Source: Paramecium tetraurelia (Eukaryota). From it: a stretch of 20,000 bases of DNA. The number at the start of each line of letters is the position of its first letter. The stretch's first letter is position 1. The position numbers and the translations under genes are program-made. Below the pieces are notes generated by a model, which was not told the origin of the DNA, ran no database searches, and saw only the letters and a program-made list of their open reading frames with translations. Positions 11,601 to 20,000 of this stretch are shown here, one piece after another. The DNA lies in contig CT868072.1 of the NCBI GenBank assembly GCA_000165425.1, positions 114,563-134,562 on the forward strand, written 5' to 3'.

Positions 11601-14600
11601 CTAGTGATTTGATCTCCATAATATTAATAAGGGCAAACTGTAATACATGGTGAATTGATATCAGCACTCAAAGGACTCATGAATCTGTTGGTTGTGCATA
11701 AGGTACATTTAGCTGAAGCATCTATGCATTTACCACAAAATTGATGACAACTATCACAATTACTATTTGAAGTATTAGCATATGTTCCATCTGGACAAGT
11801 TTAATTACAAGAATAATTAAAGTAGAACAACCTTGGACTGGCACTCGCTAAACATGATTAGCATTTATCTGCTGTTGTACCAAAGCATGTCTTACAACCA
11901 GCAAAGCAACCTCTGCAAGTTCTAGTTCCTGCATCCCCATAAAATCCTGCAGGGCATGCGGTTTAGCATAAAAGTGGAGTTCCAGTTAAAAATGAGCCTT
12001 GAGTACATGATGCACAAGATGTAGAATTTATGCAAGTGGCACAAGTGGAAATACATGTTTTACAAGTCTTAGTTGTTGTATCAGGATAATAACCATCAGG
12101 ACAATATTGATTGCAGGAATTTGAATATAGGAAAGTAGTATTGCAACTTTGGCAGTTATCTATCTTAGCCCCAAAACAAGTTAAACAACTAGGATCGCAT
12201 TATTTACAAGTTCTTGTTAGAGTATCTCCATATTAATTGCTTAAGCAACTTGTAGTACACAATATTCCAGTGTAGAAAGTTGAATCATTACATCTTTAAC
12301 AAGAAATACTATCATTGCAAACAGAACAATTTGAAATACAAGATGTACATGTTGTACCTGTCTTATAGGATCCAGTTGGGCAACTGATGTAGCATCCTTT
12401 ATTATAGAACAAGTATCCAAAATCACAAGTAGTGCAATTGCCCATTCCTATAGATGTACAAGTAGAGCATCCTTAAGAACAAGTATCACATCTCATATTA
12501 ACTGTATCTAAAAATGTACCTGCTGGACATGTTGCAATACAATCTCCCAAATAATTAAATCTACCAGCTGAACATATGATACAATCAGATTATGTTGAAC
12601 CCTTACAAGTCTTACATCCAGGATCACATTATCTGCAGGATCTGGCAGATACTTATCCGAAATATCCATCAGGACATACTGCTAGACAATTATTAATAGA
12701 ATTTATTGAATTAAAGAAGAAGCCATCATCGCAGTATTAACAATCTAATGGATTTATGCATTTCAGACAACCATTAATACAACTATCGCCAATCTAAAAG
12801 TATCTGTTTTTCCATAAAATCTATCAGGGCACAATGTTGTACATCTTTTTTCTTAAACCAAATAGAAAATAGATGCTCCACATGATAAACAATTATTTTC
12901 TAAAGGACCATCACATGTTAAACAAGATGAATTGCATGCCTAACATACCTTGTTGGCATCTCCATAATAACCAGTTGAACATTGAGTAAGACATTAGTTT
13001 TAGAAGAAGAAGTAATTAGGAGAACATTTTGTGCATCTCTATGCTGAAATTGATGTACATGAAGTACAATTTTATGCACATTGATCACATTTATTTGTAT
13101 CTGAATTAGCTACATAGCCTACATTTTCCCCACAACTTGTTAAGCATTTTTTGTTAAGTAAATATCTTCCAGCTTAACAGGAAATGCAAGAAGTTTCTTA
13201 GTCATCTAGTGCAATCCATTACATAGTTGAGTGACAACTATTACAAATACCACCTGAAACAGTAGGGGTTTATGAAGCCTTTTAGTAAAATGTAGTCTGA
13301 CATTCAGGTATGCATTATCCTTTCACTTATTAACCAGCTGTATATTACAAATACATATTTGGGTAACATTCTGTACATGCTGTTGCAGTATCCAAACATT
13401 GTTTGCATGCGTTATCGCAAATAGTACATGTGAAATCTAAATTCTTATAATAACCAGGCAAACATTGAATCAAACACTATCTCTGTTACTACAAATACAA
13501 ACTGCAAGTAGTTGATGTACATACATTATTCATAGAATCGCTAACAGTTTATGCTATTGAAGGGAGACAAGATATGCATCCAGTATCAGTAGTTGAAGTA
13601 CAAACTTTACAATTTGAAATTGGACACTTGATACATTATTAATTATTGACATCCTAGAAAAAGGAATCCCCACAAGTATTTGTACATATATTATTTCCTA
13701 ATCCATCCCAATTCTATTTGTAGTAGTATCCAGTATTACATAAGGTACATTGGTTTGAGGTTGTACAAGAAGAACAATTTGCCATACATGAGATACAATC
13801 ATCTCCAGAAGTATAAGTACCAGGTCGACAATAGCAAGTTGGAGGTTGGATTCTTTAATTTGCACAAACAGAACAATTTTTAGCTGATTAAGTACAAGTT
13901 ATGCAATATTTAGTATTGCACTATTCACAATTCAATAAGCCACTATCAAAATATCCATATGGGCAAGTTGTACATTGTGGAGTTCCTTATCTATTACCAG
14001 CACATTTTGAACATTATGATAAGGACTAAGAACAACTTGCACATTTTACTGAACAAGGTTAACAAGTACTAGTAGTAACACCATTTTAGGTTAAATTATA
14101 AATAAAGAATCCATCTTTGCAAGTTAAGCATTTGTTCAAATTGCTGCAAGTCATACATGCTGCATCCATATTACTACATGATAAGCAAGTATTTGAAGTG
14201 GTTAAATAATAAGAATTACTAACACAGGTAAAGCATTTTGTTGCAGTCTCGCAAGTATTGCAATTATTAGTACATTTGATGCAAGACGTTCCATCTAAGT
14301 AATAACCAGAAACACAAGTTGTACAACTAGCCATATCTGTGCATTAATCACAAGGACTAACACATAATTTACATTTCTTAGTGGTATCAACTTCAGCTGA
14401 ATCAAAATAGTATTTATTAACACAAGATTTGCAAACATCTTAATCACAAGTTTTACAAGGTAATGAGCAACTAATACATTGGCTTAGACTTAGTTTGTAA
14501 AGATCATTTTAACATTTTGTACATATCGATCCTGAGTTACATTCAATACAAGGAAGTGTGCATGCTAGACATTCTGACCCATTATAATAGTAACCTACTG

Positions 14601-17600
14601 AGCATGATTAACAAGTTGTCAAACTTGTACAAGTGACACATTTTGGATCGCATGTCTTACAAGTATTATTTTCCAAATATCTACCAGAAGCACAACTCAA
14701 ACATGTTGTTGCTGTTCCTGTACAAGTGATACATGAAGTTTTATCACAATCCAGACAATTTTTTTGAGTTTGGTCATAATATTTACCAGACAAACATAAT
14801 TTACACACAGTTGCAGAATCACAAGTCCAGCAAGGTGAAATACACCTCTTGCAACTATTGGCTTCATAATAGTATAAATCTAAACAAGAAGTGCAAGAAG
14901 TTGCTGAATTAACACAAGATGAGCAAGGTGATGTACAAGCAGCACATTTATTATCAGCTGTTAAATATTACCTTGAAGTGCAAGTCATACAATAATCTGC
15001 TCTATTCCAACAAGTTTTACAATTGCTGTCGCAAATTAAGCATTAAGTGCCTGATAAGTAATAACCATCTAAACAAGATAAACATGATGTTTAAGTTGAA
15101 CAAGTAACACAAGGTGACACACATTAAGTACAAGTGTTTTAAGCAGTCAGATAATAGGTGGAAATACAAGTTAAACAATAAGATGCACTTGAACATGTTT
15201 AACATGGGGAAACACAGTTTTAACAAAGATTGTTGTCCAAGTATTTTGTTAACGTATTACAACTTAAACATTTAGTTGAAGTATCAACACAAGATCCACA
15301 TGGAGATGTACAACCTAAGCACGATGTTCCATTTAAATAATATCCAGAAGCACATGAAGAGCATGTGGAAGCAAATCCTGAGCATTTTGTACAAGCAAAA
15401 TTACAACTTAGACATTCTTAACCATTTAGATATGTTCCATCAACACATGAACTACAACTAGCAGCAGCTGTGCATGTTAAACATGGAGAAACACATGATG
15501 TGCAAGATGATACATTAAGATAGTATTTGGTTTCACAAGAACTACATGTTAAACCATCCGTTCCAGAGCAAGTTAAGCAAGGAGATTAGCAAGTTGAACA
15601 AGTATTAGAGCTATTCAAATATTTACCACTTAAACAACTATTACAAGTGGTTGAATTATTACAAGTATTGCATCTGGGTTGACAAGTCAAACATTAACCA
15701 TTACTAATATAATGAGTACTATCACATTTTGTACAAATTGATGAGCTAGAACACTCCAAGCAATATGATACTTAAGTACAATCTTTACAGATTAATCCAT
15801 CTAAGTAAAATCCAGCCATACAGGATTAACAGTTTGTGTTTCCTGCAGTTAAACAAGTTAAGCAAGGAGACGAACATGTAGTACAAGAGTTATTTGAGCT
15901 TGTGTAATAATATCCATTCTAGCATGATAAACAAGCAACATCTGAACTACACAATTTACAAGGTGAAACACATTATTAACATGTATTCAAATTGGTCGGT
16001 TTATAGTAATAATCTATGCAACTCAAACAATTAGAAGCATTTGTCACACATGAAACACATGGTGATTAACATTGAGCGCAAGAATTATTAGAAATAAACT
16101 AACCAACACTACATTATTTGCATATTCCATCCAAATAATAGTTGGAACTGCAACTTGTACATGTAGAATCATTTGTACAAGAGGTACATCCAGTTGGACA
16201 TTAAACACATGTAGATCCACTTAGATAATATCCATCAGCGCAGGATTAACAAGTAGTTGATGTTGTACAAGTTTTACATTTTGCATCACATTAAGCACAC
16301 ACAGTTCCATTCAAATAATATCCAGTAATACATTCTTAGCAATTTGTATTGCCTGCATTTTAACATTTGACACAAGGGGATTAGCAAGTTAAACATGAAG
16401 TTCCACTCAAGTAAGTTGTACTAATACAAGATAAACAATTAATAGCAGAAGTACAATTTATGCATGGTGCCTAACATAATGTACAAGTACTATCTTGTAT
16501 ATAGTATCCATTTATGCATTTGGTACATTAAGAAATCAATCCTCCAAAACATGATCCACATTTAGCATCGCAAGCAAAGCATTTATTTTAACCTTAATCA
16601 TAGTATTATCCATCTGGACAGTTACAAGTTGTACATTAAGCACATTGATAAAATGCATTAATAGAGTAGCCATTTGAACATAATGTACAGTTTCCAGTAT
16701 TTGCTTCACATTCCATGCAGTTTGTCGAACATGTTAGACATTATGAGTTGGATAGATATTTACCTTTTAAGCAGGTAGTACACTAAGTATCTGCATTTTA
16801 GCAAGTTTTGCAACTACTTGAACATTAAACACAATCTGAATTGCTGATGTAAAATCCATCTGCGCAGCTTCCACATTAAACCTAGCTATTTGCAAAATTG
16901 CATGTATCCTTGCATTTTATTGGACATTTTGTGCAAACTGTACCATTAAGATAGTATGTATCAATGCAAGTACTACAGACCTATGCTGATGAGCAATTTT
17001 AACATGGACTAACACATTACAAGCAACTAGTTTAATCTTAGTAGTATCCATTTGTGCAGCTCAAGCAAGAGGTTTGCCCACTGCATGTTAAACATGGTGC
17101 TATGCAAGCGATACAAGAATTATTAGCATAGTAATACGATGTGTTCACACAGCTATTGCAAGATGATTAAGTTGAACAAGTTGAACAAGGAGATACGCAA
17201 CTAATGCAGCTTGTTCCAGATAGGTAATATCCACTTTAACATGAGGAACATGAAGTTGCTGAGCCAGAACATAATTGACATGCATTATCACATTTTGAAC
17301 ATAAGCCATTAGAGAAATAGTATCCTGGAACGCAACTAAGGCAAGTGGAATCATTTGAACAATTTTAGCATGGAGATGTACATTCTAATATAATATAGTA
17401 AATTACTTATGCAAGAATTTGAGTTAAGATAGTATGAATCTACACAGCTTAGGCAGTTAGTTGAACTTGTTATACAATTTAGACAAGGAGATTGACATGA
17501 TTTACAAGTATTAGATTCTAAATATTTAGTATCTATGCAACTAGTACAAGTAGATTAATCAGAACATGATTTACAACTAGTTGAACATTATAAGCACTAT

Positions 17601-20000
17601 CCATTATTCAAATAATGAGTAGAATCACAAGTGTTGCAAGCAATCTTACTACTACAAACCAAACAAGAATTTAATGTTGTACTGCATAAAATGCATAGAC
17701 TATTTTCTAAGTAATAGCCTGGTTAACATGATTAGCAACTAGTAGTGCCTGAAGAAGTACACGAAGTACAAGGTTATTCACAAGTTACACAAGTCTTATT
17801 ACTTAAATATTTTCCTGAGATGCAAGATGAGCAATCGGTTTATGAAATACAATTAATGCAAGGTTAAATACAAAGTAGGCATTATTATCCTGATAAATAA
17901 TAACCATCTATGCAACTAGTACATTGTGAAGATGTTTATTCACAAGAATAACAAGGACTTTAGCATGATTAACATTTGAGGTTCAAGTAGTATTGATTAT
18001 TTCCACATGCAACACATTAACCAGCGACTATTTCATATCCAGTGTCACATGAAGTACACTGAGTTCCTAAAGTGCAAGCATTACATCTATTCGAACATTA
18101 TGAACAATTTGATCCATTTAAATAATATCCGATTTAACATTCGGAACAGTTGTTAGAAGAATTTGAACACTTTTTGCAAGCAGAATCACATAATTTACAA
18201 ATTTATCCATCCAAATAATATCCTGTCTAACACAAGGAGCAATTTGTATTTCCAGCTATCAAACAATTGATACAAGGGGATTGACAAGGTTAACAAATAT
18301 AATTATTTAGATAGTATCCACTGTTGCAATTTGTACAAATATCACTAGCAGTACATAAGTTACACGGAGCAATGCAATTCTTACAAGTTGAGGAATCTAA
18401 ATAAAACCCAGCAGTGCAAGCCTAACAATTAGATTTAATTCCTGAACATTTGGTACATGTAGTATCACATGATTTACATTTTAATTCTGTACTATCATAA
18501 TATTAACCTGTTTCACAAGTACAATTTGAGCAAGCTAGTGTTTGATAGATATAATAAAATTACTTGCACATTTGTTGAATTCATTTACCACGTATTGACT
18601 ATCGCAGCTCAAACAGTATCCAGTTGTATCAGCACAAGTAACACAATGCAGGTCACATTGACTACAAGTTTAGCCATTTAAGTAATATCCGATAATGCAT
18701 GAAGTACATTTTGTAGAGGTATCAATGCCAAGTCTTACAGGTCGTAGAACATTAGTCACAAGCATCACCAAAGTAGCCAGAAGCACAAGCGTCACATTTT
18801 ACAGAGCCATTTAAGAATTAACAAGTGGACTGGCATTATGCAGGACAATCTAAGAAAATTAATTAGTAAATTTACGTTTGCAGGTTGTTCCGTCAAGATA
18901 ATTTGATTATTTGCAAGTTGAACGATTGAGAAGCTGCTGATCCAGAGCATGTAGCACATTCTTAAGCGCATAATTAGCATTGCGCTCCATCAAAGTAATG
19001 TCCATCGACACAAGTTTCGCATGTTGAAGCATTTAAACAGTTTAGGCACGGTGAGTTACAAGCATGACAACTGTTTGATTCCAAGTAGTAACCATTAACA
19101 CACTTTTAACAATTTGTATTTCCAGATACCGAGCATTTGTGTGCAGGGAGATTGACAAGCTTCACAAGTCTTACTTGAATCGATGTAATAATATCCAACA
19201 AGACAGGTTGAGCAAACATTTTCGGATTCGCAAGTGTCACAGTGGTTTATGCATTATGAGCAGGAATTATTATTCAAGAAGTATTTGGATAAGCAGGATA
19301 AACAATGGGTGGCTGAAGTTTCACAGGTGGCACAAAGGCTGTTGCAAGCAGAGCAACCATTTCCTGATATGAATGATCCAGGAGAACATTATTTACAAGT
19401 ACCATCCAAATAATAATTTGATTGGCAAGAAGTACATTCAGAAGCACTGTTGCACTTAGTACATCCAGTTGGACAAGTTTAGCATGAAGTTCCTTCAATG
19501 TAGTAGCCATCAGTGCAAGATGAGCATGTAGTTTCAGATGTGCAAGTGGTGCATTTATCATTGCATTTAGTACAAGTGGAATTATTAAGCCAATATCCAG
19601 GATTACATATAGTACATTAACTAGAGCTTTCACACTCCACACATTGACTTGCACAAGGTAAACATTGATTGCCTTCAAGGTATCTTCCTGAATTGCATGT
19701 TGTACAATTTGAATCACTGTTCAAACATGATTTACAAGTAGTAGAGCAATCATAACAATGGCCAGAAGAGTAGTATTAAGTACTTGTGCATGCTTCACAT
19801 TATCCATTGACTATCTGATAGCCAGAATCACATGAGTTACATTGAGTTCCTGATTCGCAATTATTACAATGAGGTGAACAGATAACGCAGGTAGTATTAT
19901 CCATAATAATAGCCTACTTTGCATATTGAACAATTGATTGAAGAGCCAGAACATTTTGTGCAAGAAGAATTGCATTGGGTGCAAGTAGAACCATCAAGAT
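2636..20000 (-). CDS. Giant polycystin-1-like membrane protein (Cys-rich furin-like repeats, REJ, GAIN/GPS, 5 TM). The 5' end is beyond the window. It has 3 tiny introns and several apparent insertion frameshifts.
   Basis: A single code-6 frame can be followed from the TGA at 2636-2638 (…NIFFEMIEV*) to 12787, and the provided ORFs at 2702, 4445, 5477, 6074, 7913 and 8261 are all in it. The Cys-repeat register continues to 20000 after allowing for introns at 17385-17406, 18535-18563 and 18850-18875 and for insertions near 12790, 13207-13224, 18728, 18924, 19137 and 19905. Confidence 0.88.
2740..3200 (-). other. Four-TM bundle resembling polycystin-1 TM2-TM5
   Basis: FHKLLCIFLIFERRLPRPIRFCVLYMTILNTCYINIFF / LQSVIFSIFSAILSNFEMFVILFLM / GWGIFIGLTTLLIYFILIAMAL / NMWGLNFIMGFLNTHCVSDPIKLLI. 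This resembles the PKD1 patterns H-x-W-x-S...R-x-Q-R before TM2 and W...F...EPLKVLL at TM5, as recalled rather than aligned. Confidence 0.6.
3809..3916 (-). repeat. Poly-Gln tract encoded largely by TAA/TAG, including a 21-bp tandem duplication at 3857-3898
   Basis: Translation is QQQQQQQSQQQKSQSQQQKSQSQQQSQILQDQQQQQ. The plus-strand units tgatttctattgctatgatta and tgatttctattgttatgatta differ by 1 base. Confidence 0.85.
4557..4630 (-). other. First transmembrane helix after the GPS
   Basis: FYKSVIVYALAIMTIALVFSVRYG followed by the charged KKDREDYEKK. This resembles the TM1...G...D pattern of GPS-TM proteins. Confidence 0.75.
4718..4843 (-). other. GPS (GPCR proteolysis site)-like motif
   Basis: CIGKGADGSWSAGGGNCKSVTLVDATGAVTVTCQCEELSPTS fits C...W...C...TCxC-x-x-L-S, about 30 aa before TM1. 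The canonical His of H-L|S/T is replaced by Glu. Confidence 0.7.
6100..7750 (-). other. REJ (receptor for egg jelly / PKD-REJ) module
   Basis: Beta-rich Cys-poor region with REJ-type motifs: LQVEIEGGNR...KDPN...ELVWKCVN, INLPPRNCKIKVSPTSGLSFDTQFTIKVVDCEDSDSPFTYKF and VSDSLGALTN. Confidence 0.75.
17385..17406 (-). other. 22-nt intron (phase 1)
   Basis: gtaatttactatattatattag. Splicing gives TGC ATA A|AA TGT ACA TCT CCA TGC (CIKCTSPC). Confidence 0.9.
18535..18563 (-). other. 29-nt intron (phase 1)
   Basis: gtaattttattatatctatcaaacactag. Splicing gives TGT GCA A|CT TGC TCA AAT TGT (CATCSNC). Confidence 0.88.
18850..18875 (-). other. 26-nt intron (phase 1)
   Basis: gtaaatttactaattaattttcttag. 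Splicing gives TGC AAA C|AT TGT CCT (CKHCP). Confidence 0.9.

Larger units (their letters stand above)
8100..20000 (-). repeat. Array of degenerate Cys-rich furin-like / growth-factor-receptor (CxxC) protein repeats
   Basis: Units such as CxxCxSPCxxCxxxxxCxSCxxGYYLxxxx and CxxxCPxGYYxDxxxxxCxxC run continuously for about 12 kb. Confidence 0.93.

Noticed and set aside
12805..12833. A 29-nt GTG...CAG 'intron' that would fix the 12790 frameshift
   Set aside because: It has an atypical donor and would delete the conserved CPDRFYG repeat core. A 2-base insertion in a Cys codon explains the shift better.
17..19717. Most short ORFs in the supplied track (e.g. 17-235, 4016-4291, 4690-4872, 5136-5474, 9121-9579, 19274-19717)
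   Set aside because: They are antisense or off-frame shadows of the code-6 genes. The in-frame ones are fragments cut at TAA/TAG Gln codons.
18720..19910. Euplotes-type programmed +1 ribosomal frameshifting
   Set aside because: That mechanism needs AAA followed by a TAA/TAG stop. Here TAR is Gln and the shift sites share no motif.
8100..20000. CRISPR array, DNA satellite, or Giardia VSP / zinc-finger cluster
   Set aside because: The periodicity is at the protein level with heavy nucleotide divergence, inside one continuous gene that leads into REJ/GPS/TM domains.
1..20000. A functional 'ciliary cluster' of MAPK15 and the PKD1-like gene
   Set aside because: Both families have ciliary links, but adjacency in a compact ciliate genome is not evidence of a shared pathway.

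Overview
This is eukaryotic, AT-rich, gene-dense ciliate DNA, Paramecium-like and probably macronuclear. TAA and TAG read as Gln, TGA is the only stop, and the introns are 22-29 nt GTA...AG. The supplied standard-code ORF track is therefore fragmented and mostly shows shadow frames. Hand translation with genetic code 6 gives four genes. (1) A 3'-truncated ERK7/MAPK15-type MAP kinase (-, 854 to <1, one 25-nt intron). (2) A coiled-coil plus C-terminal C3HC4 RING protein (+, 884-1720), starting only 29 bp from the kinase ATG. (3) A 100-aa hypothetical ORF (+, 1717-2019) whose ATG overlaps the RING gene stop (ATGA). (4) After an AT-rich spacer, one giant 5'-truncated gene (-, >20000 to 2636, about 5,750 codons in the window). 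Gene 4 encodes a polycystin-1-like surface receptor: about 12 kb of Cys-rich furin-like repeats, a REJ module, a GAIN/GPS-like motif with an upstream RLRR site, TM1, a Gln/charged low-complexity loop in place of PLAT, four more PKD1-like TMs, and no channel domain. Its three introns sit at the same position of the CxxC motif. It also carries about 9 apparent single-base insertions, most likely long-read assembly errors.
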